A stretch of 63,812 nt of DNA, filler included, from Licmophora abbreviata (taxonomy: Eukaryota), in assembly GCA_900291995.1 (NCBI GenBank). It is 23 parts of 23 records of this genome, joined end to end, with 100 filler letters (N's around TTAATTAATTAA, not from the genome) between each part and the next. Parts side by side here need not be neighbours in the genome. Positions count along the whole stretch, not along the records: positions 43,559 to 46,144 come from OLMU01006071.1; positions 46,245 to 47,934 come from OLMU01006072.1; positions 48,035 to 49,391 come from OLMU01006074.1; positions 49,492 to 54,597 come from OLMU01006075.1; positions 54,698 to 56,786 come from OLMU01006076.1; positions 56,887 to 59,974 come from OLMU01006077.1; 17 more parts are not named here. The stretch is one strand, 5' to 3'. The position numbers and the translations under genes are program-made. Positions within the stretch are counted from its first letter, which is position 1; each line of letters opens with the position of its first letter. The notes beneath the pieces are model-generated. The model worked only from the letters and a program-made list of their open reading frames with translations. It searched no databases and was not told the DNA's origin. This document shows, piece by piece, positions 45,910-57,162 of this stretch.

Positions 45910-46144
45910 CTATAAATAGATTTGCGGCAGATCGTCCGCGATGTCGTAGTAATCGCCCTTGGAGGCGGTGAAGATATGCTTGCTCAGCGTGAGGCCCGTG
46001 AGCGGGTTCAGCGCGCCGAGCGCGAAACTGATCCTGTCCTCGTCATGGGCCGCCCAGAAGAGCGATGACCCGCAGCGCGGGCAAAAGCCGCGTGTGGCGG
46101 TGGGCGTCGCCTCGAACCAGCGCACGGGGCCGGTGATGGTGATC
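45910..46144 (-). CDS. GFA family protein, C-terminal part
   Basis: RGFCPRCGSSLF..HIF..SKGDYY. Confidence 0.85.
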
Positions 46145-46244
46145 NNNNNNNNNNNNNNNNNNNNNNNNNNNNNNNNNNNNNNNNNNNNTTAATTAATTAA
46201 NNNNNNNNNNNNNNNNNNNNNNNNNNNNNNNNNNNNNNNNNNNN

Positions 46245-47934
46245 ATCTCAACTGTTGCGGTATCATTATCATCGAGACTTCCTATTTCATCACTGCCGGC
46301 TACAGTCACTGTATTTTTGATGACTGAAGATGTACGCGTGTACGGGACGGTGAAAGAGCACATGTACGTTTCACCTAAGGCGAGGGTTTTGGTCTTGCAA
46401 TCTGTGTCAGTACCGGTCAACGCGAGTACATCTATCGTTTGTAAGCCCCCACTATCAGTGAACACGTCTTTCATATCTGTCAGCATCACAATAGTATATC
46501 CCGTGTTGGTAACTTCTATTGTGAACGTTGCATTGCCACCCGGCTCCGTTAGAGTTGGTGTTTGCGTGGTCTTGACGACTTCAATTGATCGATCGAACTC
46601 AATGGGATTTGTTACAGAGAAAGGGATCTCCAAACTGCCCCAGACAGCTAGTCCCGTGTTTGTAAACTCCTCGGAGGTTACTGGCGGTGGCTTGACTTTG
46701 ACTTCGAAGTTGATGAAAAGAGTAGTTCTTGCGGGAAGAGATTCGGGAAGTTTCCATCCTTCATCTAGCGGAAACTTCGAGCCTCCACTGCTATCGCTGA
46801 TGCTTTTGTCGAGGATGGAAGATACGTCTGAGGCAGTATCTGTAATACTGTAGGTCGTTGAATCTTCGATGTACACGACTTCGTCTGGTAGGGTGTCAAA
46901 GACCTCGATACTGTTCCCCGATACCGACTGCTGGCCTGTATTCTGTACACTTATCGTATACTCGACGGTGTCTGACGGTCCAATAAGACCATCGCTGTTC
47001 TCATCAACAATCAGCGTCGCCTTCTTACCGGCCTCAAGCCTTGGGAATGGCAAGACAACTGTTCCAAGATCCAGAGCCTGAGACTCTGTGCCGTCGGACG
47101 GTGCGATAGGGTACTGCCCCCAGGCAACTGCAATATCGACGGGCGTGCCTCCTGTAGGCTTCGTCGCCCAGATTAGAGCACCGCTCATGTCAGTGTCGCT
47201 CTCTTTGGTATCAACAACTACTACAGACTCCAGTTTGACTGCATTGATTGTCTTATCTGCGACTCCATCACCGTCAAAGTCAATATTGATCTTGGCATTC
47301 TCGACGGGTGTTACCCACACTACGCTCCTCTCCTTGAAATTACCGGGCGTTGCGGATGAATCAGTACCACTACAGGCACCTGATGCGGGACTGTTGGTAC
47401 AGCCATAGCCCCATGCGATGAGAGCCTGATCCGTCAACTGTTTGGTGGGGATAAGTGGGTGACCCCAGTCTGCATGCCAGCAATCGACAACGAGACGATA
47501 CGCTTTGGTGAATCACACACTTCAACAGCAGCGCAATTAATCATGAAACGGGACTTACCTTGTGCTCTGCCGGTGAAGGTATTTTGGTTGCTATCGGTCT
47601 GGGTTACAGCAAAGAAAGTCATATCGTCGCTTGTATAGAAGCGTGCGCCAGAGCCTGTTGGAATGACCGGAGACTGATTGGTCCCTCCTGCTGGAACGTC
47701 GAAAGAGTCAGTGGTCCCTCCTTTGAGCTCGAAGTTGACAGTTATTGCACTTCCATTATCGTTGTAAACCCAGACAGTGGTCTCTCCGACTCCATCTTTG
47801 CCGACTGGGGTCCAGTACTCCGTTGCCCAATCTTCGACGGGTGGCAGTGCATACCAACGCAATTCATATGTATCACCTTCGTCACCGACCAGCAAGTCGA
47901 CCTGAACATTCTTGGTGGATCCATCCACGCCTTC
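46245..47934 (-). CDS. Large surface protein with DUF11/Ig-like repeats; intron 47558-47470; truncated at both ends
   Basis: G|GTAAGT...GCAG| splice joins the two ORFs in frame (GRAQDWGHPLIP); DTVEYTISVQNTG, DTLP and ATFTIEVTNTG repeat motifs. Confidence 0.75.
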
Positions 47935-48069
47935 NNNNNNNNNNNNNNNNNNNNNNNNNNNNNNNNNNNNNNNNNNNNTTAATTAATTAANNNNNNNNNN
48001 NNNNNNNNNNNNNNNNNNNNNNNNNNNNNNNNNNAGCTGGCGTAGATGTAGACTATACGAGAAAGCACC

Positions 48070-48723
48070 TACCTGGATTGGAACTGCCTCCAGTCGCCGA
48101 CCCCTGACGCTTGGGCTTCGAGGCATCTCTGCGACGAGCTGATCTGTCACCTGTTGAAGACGTACGTATGGAGGAGTGATACGGGTAAGCTATGAGAACA
48201 TGATGTGTCTGCGACGTCTGCAACATGTTGCTGATGTGCTCTTACCGGTACAACTTTGAAGCCAGATCGCAGAGAATGGAACTGGGTAGTCGGTAAGCAG
48301 CAGCGAAGAAGTATGGAGAAAGGAAGAGACAACGGTTAGCGATATATCGATGACGCGTGGCATGTAGCGGTTGATGATGCTTACCTCCTTCCCCGTGGTC
48401 GTCTGCATTTCTTTGGGGGCGAATCGCCCGGTATTGACCGCTCCGGGGACGACGACAACCTGTCAACATGTACGGCAGAGAGATAGATGATTAGATCATT
48501 CGCTGACAGTAGGCTCGCATACTTTCTGTGATCGCAATGTACATGCCAGACTTACCGATGACACACTTTCATGCTTGCCCTTCAGTGCTACCGAGCCCCG
48601 CATTACTCGTGCACGCTCGTCATGATCTTTGTCGCCTGTGGACCAATTCCACCAGCCACCGCGCACACCAATTCCTCTCTTGGCAACCATTAGAGCCACG
48701 AAGAAAGCAATGTGAACCCTCAT
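48070..48723 (-). CDS. Probable 5' micro-exons of a secreted protein, possibly the surface protein downstream
   Basis: Signal-peptide-like MRVHIAFFVALMVA from ATG 48723; several GTAAG donors and CAG acceptors spaced like short introns. Confidence 0.4.
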
Positions 48724-49054
48724 GTTTGTTAAATGTTTTTTTACGGAAATGGATCGCAATTCCAAAACCGGGACAGCGCCATTCAGTGGAGCTCTCCAGT
48801 CGCTTTTTTGTGATCGGATTTTCGATCTTTGCTTGTTTTGTCGACTGACATCCGGAACGGATGACCTCCCGATGCAGCTACGAATAGAGTTCTTCCACAT
48901 TTAAGGGATAAAATGTCATCACAGTCAATGGCATCTAAATTTGTTCACGAACGTCGCTTCTCCCAACTTTACTTAAAGAATTGGGCTTCTCAAGACAATG
49001 TGCGATTGTAACAAATTTGCATAGTCAGACGAGATTTAAGCCAGTCTTATTAGG

Positions 49055-49783
49055 GAAGAGAGAACAATTATGTGTCCGAGTACCCAAATTTATTAGAGCA
49101 CGGATATGCGTATCACGTTATCATAATGCCCATGCCTTAGCATATGAGGGTTATGCCTAAGCTAATGACATTCTGAATCTGAGAGTGGGTCGAGACATAA
49201 AAATCACGCGCGCACTGAAGATGACGGTCTTTTTTCTAATCACGAGTTCCATTTATCCTAACCCTGCTCGTAGTTAGTATCGTCAAAAAAGCGAGATAAG
49301 ATTTAACCCTAGCAATTTATGAAGAGACAACAATTATGCGTCGTAGTACAGGAACATTTATGCTCGGCCATACCAGGTAAGTAGTCACCGGNNNNNNNNN
49401 NNNNNNNNNNNNNNNNNNNNNNNNNNNNNNNNNNNTTAATTAATTAANNNNNNNNNNNNNNNNNNNNNNNNNNNNNNNNNNNNNNNNNNNNAATATTATG
49501 AAGAGACAACAATTATGTGTGGTAGTACGGGAAGAGATATGCTCACCCATAGCCATAGCAATTTCTCCGTACCAAGTAGCGTACTTTGCTCGTACTCGGA
49601 GTAGTCTACTACCGGTAATCGAAAAGCGCGAGAAGAGACAACAATTATGTGTACGAGTATTTGTGTGCTTATGCTCAGCCATAGGCGTACGGCTAATAGC
49701 AATATCACATGCCCATGCCTTTTGATGTGGCGGCTATGCCTCGGCTGCTATCATACCACGACAATCCCAATCTGAGATTGGAT
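49055..49783. repeat. Degenerate repeat with ~132-bp period; core GAAGAGACAACAATTATGYG-N4-AGTA-N10-TATGCTC-N2-CCATA
   Basis: Cores start at 49055, 49321, 49500 and 49632, with a weak copy near 49189; copies 1 and 4 also share ATGCCCATGCCTT and AATCTGAGA. Confidence 0.75.
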
Positions 49784-50047
49784 CTAGGGAGTGTCGAGCG
49801 AGGTATACCAGGTAGTCGAGTGAGTCGTAGCAAGTTCGAAATGAGAAAGGACGAAGACGAACGACGATGTCATGACGCAGGTTGACGAGTGACTCGCAGA
49901 GCATGAAGAATCGAATCAGTCAGCATCAGCGGCAAGAAGACGACGAGAGTGAGGCACTGCATTAAGAAGTTCATCCGATCACGGCTCTGCGATTTCATAG
50001 ATTTTCGCAGTCGATAGAGCTTTATCAGAAAGGGTACCGACGCTGCG

Positions 50048-51859
50048 ATGCTATTTGGCCGTCGCCATCTGATCATTTTCTCGTCCACACTTGGACTTGT
50101 CCGCGCGTTCTTGCCCCACTGCGTCGTGTCGACGACTTCGTCTGTGCTCTTCCGAACTGCTTTTGCCCTGCGGCCAGTTACTGCAGGATCCTCTCCTCCT
50201 CAAAGTTCCACGGCACGCCGTAGTATGACTGCGACATCCAGCGACAAGGCTGTCGCGTCCGCGGAGGCGTACACGACGCTGACGGAGAAACTGACAACCA
50301 TTACGCAGCTGCAACGCGCCAAGAGCGTTCTAGAGTACGATCGAATGGTATTCATGCCACAGGGCGATACCACATCTGTGGAGCGAGGGGCTCAGCTTGC
50401 AGCGTTGGCCGAAATCATCCACGAAAAGACGACTTCGCCTGATCTCAAGGCACTCATGGACGATGCGACGTCGAAGCTGGAGCATGGCAAGCAGGATGAT
50501 GCCACACGATTGCTTCAGCTGGAACGAAAGAGCTTTGAGCAGAACGCTCGGATTCCCACAGAATTAGCTAAGAAGCAGGCTAGTCTGTCGTCATCGGCGT
50601 ACTCGGCGTGGGTAAAAGCCCGACAGAACGACGACTTTGCCAGTTTTGCACCAGTCTTGCAGGATTGCTTCAATACAGCCATCGAAGTCGCCAAAGCCAA
50701 GCGAGGCCCAGAGGATATCTCTTTGTATGCTCAAATGCTGGACGAGTTTGAAATGGGCATGGATCCTGAACGAATCGATGCCATTTTCGATCAAGTGCAA
50801 TTGGCTCTCGTCCCCCTCATCGCAAAAGTGACGAAAAGTCCTAACGCTCCCACCAAGGATGCACTTGCCGGAGACTTTCCGATTGATCAACAAAAGAACT
50901 TGAGTGAGAAACTCGTGACAGCCCTTGGCTTTGACAAGTCAGTGGGGCGTATTGATGTGTCAGTCCATCCATTCACGACCTCGTTTTCCCCGAGTGACGT
51001 TCGTATTACCTCACGCTTCCGAGAGGATGAATGGTACCAGGGCCTCGCAGGGACTCTGCACGAAGGAGGACATGGTACGTGCATGTAGGACGGATGGGCT
51101 CGTGGCACAGTACTGCTCTAACCTCGGTCACCTTCTCACACGATACATCTCGTTGTTCCTTCGTCTGCAGCTATTTACGAGCAGAATCTCAAGTCGTCCG
51201 CGCTGAGTATCGACACGCCGCTCTCCATGGGAACTCATGAATCTCAGTCTCTTTTCTGGGAGCGCCATGTAGGCTTGAGTCGTCCCTTTTGGAAGTGGGC
51301 GACGCCATTTTTGAAGGAAACCTTTTCTGACTTTGACTTTTCTACCGAACAAGTCTATGCGGCAGTCAATGCCGTATCGCCAAGTCTGATTCGTGTCGAA
51401 GCAGATGAACTGACGTATCCGCTGCATGTAATAATGCGATATAACATCGAGCGCGACGTTGTTGAAGGTAAAATGGACGTCAAGGACATTGCCCAGCGGT
51501 GGAAAGATGATATGAAATCAATGTTGGATATGGATGTCCCATCCGATTCTCAGGGCTGTCTTCAAGATGTCCATTGGAGTGCCCTGGCCTTTGGATACTT
51601 TCCCACATATCTGATTGGATCAGCTACGGCAGCCCAGTTGGCCCATTGTTGCCACAAGGATATTCCCGACATGGACGAGCAGATGGAACGAGGGGAGTTT
51701 GGTGCCATAAAGGCTTGGTTAACAGAGAAGATTCACCGTCACGGCAAGCGATATGAATCCTTGGACGCCATGCTGGAGGATCAGCTCGGAGAAAAGCTCA
51801 ACGCCACGTACTTTATCGACTATCTGACAAACAAGTATTCCGACCTGTACAAGCTATAG
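50048..51859 (+). CDS. M32 family carboxypeptidase (Taq-like); intron 51075-51170
   Basis: HPF, DVRIT, spliced HEGGHAIYEQ, HESQ, IRVEADE, QDVHW, GYFPTY. Confidence 0.92.
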
Positions 51860-51911
51860 AGGAGTGACGAAATAACAAACGATTCTTGATTCTTACTTCT
51901 AGAGCGTATTC

Positions 51912-52706
51912 TCAGTCTTTCTTGGATGGTTCAAGACTGCGACTGGGTGATCTTGAATAGGATCGCCCTTTTCGGCTACGTCGGCTTTCTCGTTCGCCTC
52001 CTTCGCTATCACTGTCATCGCGGCGGCTACGACGACTCTTCTTTCTCCCTTCATCTCTATGACTTCGTTTCTTCCGCTTCTTGCGATCCTCTTCATACTT
52101 CCTCTCCTCCTTCTCGCGCCTTGAATGCTCCGCATCTTCCTCCATCGACCGAATAAGGCACATGGGGACAGGCTTCGCATGCAAGAAGTTACAGAATCCT
52201 CCACGACTGCAAGTTCCTTCGTCGAAATCGCGACACCGCGCCTCACGAAAGTCTGTCACGGGCGAGAACTCTACCTGCAACAAGCGACCATCGTAGTATC
52301 GACCCTGTAATCCCATCAGAGCGTCGCTAGCTTCCTCTTCGTCCGAGAACTTGCAGTATGTATGGCCAATCATGTGATCTCCCAAATTGTCGCAGACATG
52401 AAGCTGTTCGAGTCTCCCAAATTTGCTGAGTTCAGTGTACATGTCCTCGAAGAAGGAGATGAACTCTTCCGTGGCCTGATCTGGATCCACGGACTGAGGC
52501 GGAAGTCCCTGCTGAGCTGCTTTCAGTTCCGCCTGTCGCACAGGGTGGCGATATAGGTGCTTGATCAGAAGAGTAGGAGAAAACGCCGGCCGGTGATGAA
52601 GTCGAGAGCAGCGGTCCGAGTGACGACACGCGCCAATCTTGAAGTAGAAAGGACAGTTCACCTTATCCTCCTCTGTTCCGTGAATGCGAGCCAAATGTTT
52701 CGCCAT
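51912..52706 (-). CDS. U2AF1: Splicing factor U2AF small subunit
   Basis: GTEEDKVNCPFYFKIGACRH, UHM domain, second CCCH finger, RS tail. Confidence 0.96.
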   Translation of the reverse strand: MAKHLARIHGTEEDKVNCPFYFKIGACRHSDRCSRLHHRPAFSPTLLIKHLYRHPVRQAELKAAQQGLPPQSVDPDQATEEFISFFEDMYTELSKFGRLEQLHVCDNLGDHMIGHTYCKFSDEEEASDALMGLQGRYYDGRLLQVEFSPVTDFREARCRDFDEGTCSRGGFCNFLHAKPVPMCLIRSMEEDAEHSRREKEERKYEEDRKKRKKRSHRDEGRKKSRRSRRDDSDSEGGERESRRSRKGRSYSRSPSRSLEPSKKD

Positions 52707-53035
52707 TGCGATGAGCAAAGCTGGAGTTTTTTAGTCTACCACTTGTTTTATAAAGTCAACGAGATAGTAGCGGCCGTGAAGTTGTGCGACGATGTTGCGA
52801 CCATGTGCTGCAATCTGCAATTGATGAGTGTGTGTGCTGGGAGGTTTGAGTCTGTGTCGATTACTACAAAGTATGTGGCTGTCATGCCACGAGTCTCATG
52901 GCGCGAGCTACAGAAAAGTTCTTCGAAGTTCTTTAGCTCGTTGTTCGTGACTCATCCAGTCGAGTCACGGTTTGTTTGCATGACCCGAGATGCGACAAAG
53001 GATAGACTACTTGTACCTGGTTAACTAGCAGCCTC

Positions 53036-54318
53036 TTAGGCCTCCTTAGTCACGCGATTCCACATGTACCCGTAGTTTGTTTTGGTGTCGACTCGCAGAT
53101 TCCGACTTTCGAACCGCCGGACAAACCGATGAGGGAGATACTTGGCCAGCAGATTCATAATCTGGATGCAGCCAGGGGAACGAAACAAAATCCGCGAAAA
53201 TAGGGGTATACGAAGCGTCCATCCAACCCAGAACAACAGTACGTCCATGTTTGCACTCGTATTGAGATCGACGTATCCACGGGAGCAGAGCGTGCCAACA
53301 TGTGGTGATATTCTGTCTATGCGGTTGCCTTTCAACAGACTCTTGACATGAGGTCGCAAAAGTGTCAAGTGCGGGCCAAGAGTATCGAGATTGGAAAGAT
53401 ACATCTTTACGTATGGAAGCATTCGATTGGACATTTCGAGACAATCTTTGTCGGTGTGAGCGTACAGCAGCAACTCATCGAAATGCTTCATCATGAGGCC
53501 TGTGTAGGGGGCCAGAACGTCAATATTATCGAGCAACCATGGCAGTTGGGGCTCAATGTCGTCGAACCGTTCCAAGACCTCGTCCAAGTAGGGCTCAATG
53601 GAGGCCATATGGCGTCGATTGTTGAGCACTCGTTCTAGCGTCGGAGTCAAATGCCTCTCGAGAATAATAGATCGAGCAAAAATGGCAGGTGTGTGAGGTA
53701 TGACTGCCGGTGTATATGGATCGACCAGTTGAAGCAGTCGATCCGGCTTTTGCACAAAGCTACCGATCATGCGAGCGGTCGCTTGTATCTGATGGATCAA
53801 AAAATGAGGGATCCCATTCCACTCACGGTTGCGTCCAGTTTGTCGATGTACGCGAGCCAGCTTTCGTCCTAGAACATTGCTACTTTTCACAAACCTTGAG
53901 ACAGCCCACTGTAAAGTGCGGATAGGGAACTCTAGGAACGTCTCGTGCAGAATCTGAGGGCCGTTCTCTGAACAGACAACTTGCTTTTCGAGCTGACCAA
54001 GCTGAAGCCGTTTTTCTCGAATCGATGAGCGTAGCACACCCGCTCGGGCTCTCAACAGATCGTAATTGCGTAATTGCCTCCGTAATCCTTGTGTTCGGGC
54101 GTAAAGACTGGCATTTGAGGCAGCTCAAATGCAGTGAAATTAAAGTCATGCTGTAAGAATTCTAGCTCGCTTTCTCGCTTGATCCATTCTAGATTGGATC
54201 GAAGCTCATCAGCCCCTCTTTTTGTGACTGAATCCGACAGTGACGAGAAGCAGAAAGTGCTCCAGGGGGAAGACAAGAGAAGGAGTGCAAAGAACAGAGT
54301 TGGATTTCGGCCTGTCAT
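53036..54318 (-). CDS. Hypothetical protein with signal peptide; one frameshift near 54057
   Basis: ORFs 54052-54318 and 53036-54055 abut in different frames; internal L-x-P-(Y/H/Q) repeats. Confidence 0.6.
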
Positions 54319-55138
54319 CGTAGCTAAGATCGAATTCAGAGGCGAGAGTACGACACTAAGGCCTTCGTTTGCGTTGATATACGTCTGGACGCCTCTATAT
54401 CGACTATGCCTTCAAGTTCAGGTGAAAGTTTGGATTCTTGCTCGTCTTCTTGCCGCCTTCGGTCGCGATCGCGTTGTTCCATCATTGCCAGATTGCGACG
54501 AGTGACAAAACTTCGAGCGCGGCTGCGCAGGGTTCTCACGCGCGTTTTGTCTCTTTGCGATGGCGAATAAAGTGAGTCGTATTTTGTTAAGTGATGCNNN
54601 NNNNNNNNNNNNNNNNNNNNNNNNNNNNNNNNNNNNNNNNNTTAATTAATTAANNNNNNNNNNNNNNNNNNNNNNNNNNNNNNNNNNNNNNNNNNNNCCG
54701 AATAAAGTGAGTCGTATTTTGTTAAGTGATGCATGTGTCACGATGCGATCATGGCGAGAAGTGAAGTTGGTGGACTCGTGAATGACCTTCACGTTTCCTG
54801 TTGCCAATTCATGGGCTCACAATGAAGGTTCTAGTGGTAGCGTCAGTATACATAATCTGTGTTGTTTCCCGTCTATCCATCTGAGTTACGCGAGTAGTAC
54901 TACATTTACTCGATGGCAAAGCGCGTTTTATATTGACCTCGAGAGCTCGAACCTCGACCCCCGCCGACCATCATCAAAAGCGATATTGAACGACGTAGTT
55001 AGCCAAAGATTTACCTCTTGTAGACAAACATCCTAATGTAGTTTCCTTTGCACTAGCAGTTAAGATGCACATACAGTGGATTAAGGGATCACCATTGCGC
55101 ACTCTACTTATAATGATAAAGGCTTCGCTGCTTGCCTC

Positions 55139-55546
55139 TTACGAGCGAATTCGCAAGCGCCTCAAAAGACCACGACGGCGCTTCGTCTTCTGTAAGGATA
55201 TTGAAGGTGATGGAGTACCATCCACTTGAGGAGAACAAGAGCGAGGTGTTGTTGGGCATCTGCTGGCAGGATCATTTTGGGGCCCCTTCTGCGCAGGAGC
55301 ACATTCGTCATCCTCTTTGCCAAGTCCGAAAGCAGGAAAGATATGATTGCTAGATGCACCCGAGGAATCAGACATAAACACGGTTAGGCTAGACTCCGTA
55401 TCAGAGCCTAGAAAGCCACCCGGGATCGCTGGATTCTCTTGTTTTGTTGAGCTATTCTCGAATTCCTGCTGGACTTTAAGTAGTAGATAGAAAGCGATTC
55501 CAGCAGCCAAGACAAACTGAACAAACGCTGCTGCTTCACTCAACAT
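55139..55546 (-). CDS. Small hypothetical membrane-anchored protein
   Basis: ATG start, N-terminal TM segment, basic C-terminus. Confidence 0.45.
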   Translation of the reverse strand: MLSEAAAFVQFVLAAGIAFYLLLKVQQEFENSSTKQENPAIPGGFLGSDTESSLTVFMSDSSGASSNHIFPAFGLGKEDDECAPAQKGPQNDPASRCPTTPRSCSPQVDGTPSPSISLQKTKRRRGLLRRLRIRS

Positions 55547-55820
55547 GATATGAATTCAGTTTTTGCGAGTAAGAGTAATCTCAGAGGGAAACTGAATGGG
55601 TGTATACTGAAAGTATAGATCGAGCGTGGTCCATTTCCATCACGAATCCATTGCCATCACCAATAGTGGGAATGGGTGGGCCAAATTTTTCTGCACCTCT
55701 GCTCCACCAGGTAGCTAGGTGCGTACAACGTACCTCTATATGGCATTCACGATGACCCGAAGATGCGAGCAGATTCTATACCAGATATCGTATTGTCAGT
55801 CCGTTCCTCTGCGGTCTAAC

Positions 55821-56786
55821 CTAACGCGATTCAGGCTCGAGCTTCTTCTGAATCCTCTTAACCGTCTCGTCGTCACCTCGTTTGAAGGCATGTGCCATTT
55901 CGGACTGCAATTGTGCCTGATGCTTCATATCCTGTATTTTTTCCGCATTCATGGTGGCCCGAAGTAGCTGCGTCTGGGCATCTAGCTTTGCCTTGGCCTT
56001 TTGCCGCATCTCTGCCTGATGACGTGCCTCATCGGCCAGCACCGTGTTGTGTCCCTGTTTTTCTTGATCACGCGCTTCTTGTTTGCGATACTCTTTCATT
56101 TCCCAATCGTCGTAGTCATAATATTTCATGTGCGGGAATGTAGCAGTATTAAAGTCTTCGCAATACTCGGCAAAGTAGTTCTGTAGCTCCCACTTGGGTC
56201 CATTGAAGGATTGGATGCCCTTGACCTCGGCCATCCAAATTTCGAACGAGCGCTGCTTCTTGTAGAAATCCGACGCCTTGACGATGCCATACTTTCCGAA
56301 GGTAGCCCCAACTGGTGGTGGTAGTTCGTCTTCCTGTTTCTTTCTGTGCTCTTCCTTCTTCTTGTGCTTGTGTCGCTTCTTGCTCTTCTTTCGATCCCTC
56401 CGACGACGCCGATACGATGAATCGTCACTGGACGTAGACGAATCATCGTCGCGTCTCTTTTTCTTGCTCCCCTTCCGTGAACGATCATAGGAGTCATTAT
56501 CCGAACTGCTATGGCGTCGATCGTCCCGACTGATGCTGTCGGAACGATCCCGGTCGCTACTACGATGTCGAGCCTTTGACTTCTTCTTGCAGTACTTCCG
56601 TCGCTTCTTGTCACTTTCACCACGCTCGGATGATTCATCACTTCTATCATAGTCACGGCGCTTGCGATCTCTGGACTTTTTCTTTCGCTTCTTATGCCTT
56701 CGATCGTCGTCGTGATCACTATGGTCGGTGCTGCTGCGCTGAAGACGATGCTCGTCGCGTGATGATGACCGCTTGTCATCGTTTTG
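55821..56786 (-). CDS. Eukaryotic hypothetical protein with Arg/Lys/Ser-rich N-terminus (5' truncated)
   Basis: Frame appears open to the gap; globular block FGKYGI...W..EVK...EDFNTATFPH.KYY. Confidence 0.75.
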   Translation of the reverse strand, partial: QNDDKRSSSRDEHRLQRSSTDHSDHDDDRRHKKRKKKSRDRKRRDYDRSDESSERGESDKKRRKYCKKKSKARHRSSDRDRSDSISRDDRRHSSSDNDSYDRSRKGSKKKRRDDDSSTSSDDSSYRRRRRDRKKSKKRHKHKKKEEHRKKQEDELPPPVGATFGKYGIVKASDFYKKQRSFEIWMAEVKGIQSFNGPKWELQNYFAEYCEDFNTATFPHMKYYDYDDWEMKEYRKQEARDQEKQGHNTVLADEARHQAEMRQKAKAKLDAQTQLLRATMNAEKIQDMKHQAQLQSEMAHAFKRGDDETVKRIQKKLEPESR

Positions 56787-57162
56787 NNNNNNNNNNNNNN
56801 NNNNNNNNNNNNNNNNNNNNNNNNNNNNNNTTAATTAATTAANNNNNNNNNNNNNNNNNNNNNNNNNNNNNNNNNNNNNNNNNNNNACCGTAACACACTT
56901 TTACTTTCTGCCGTCGTCGCGATGAGAGGCATCATGAGCGCAAGAAAAATTGGAGTTGATTGATTGATTCGACTCACCGGAAGTGTTAGAAATGTCGACC
57001 TTTCTGTCACTTTTTCAGAATTTTGGATTGACCAAGATCCAAAATCATTGCCATCGAAACGCGACGCACAGTGATGATGATGGGTGCGAAGACGACGAGA
57101 GAACGCCGTCACCGATCACCATCGCTCCTCTCCTTCCTCACTCACCGTCCCACAAATTATAA

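Noticed and set aside
49055..49683. Possible CRISPR array
   Set aside because: Repeats are degenerate, the ~132-bp period is too long, intervening segments share similarity, no cas genes are present and the context is eukaryotic
54564..54732. 34-bp direct repeat flanking a spacer
   Set aside because: Most simply an unmerged contig overlap rather than a target-site duplication
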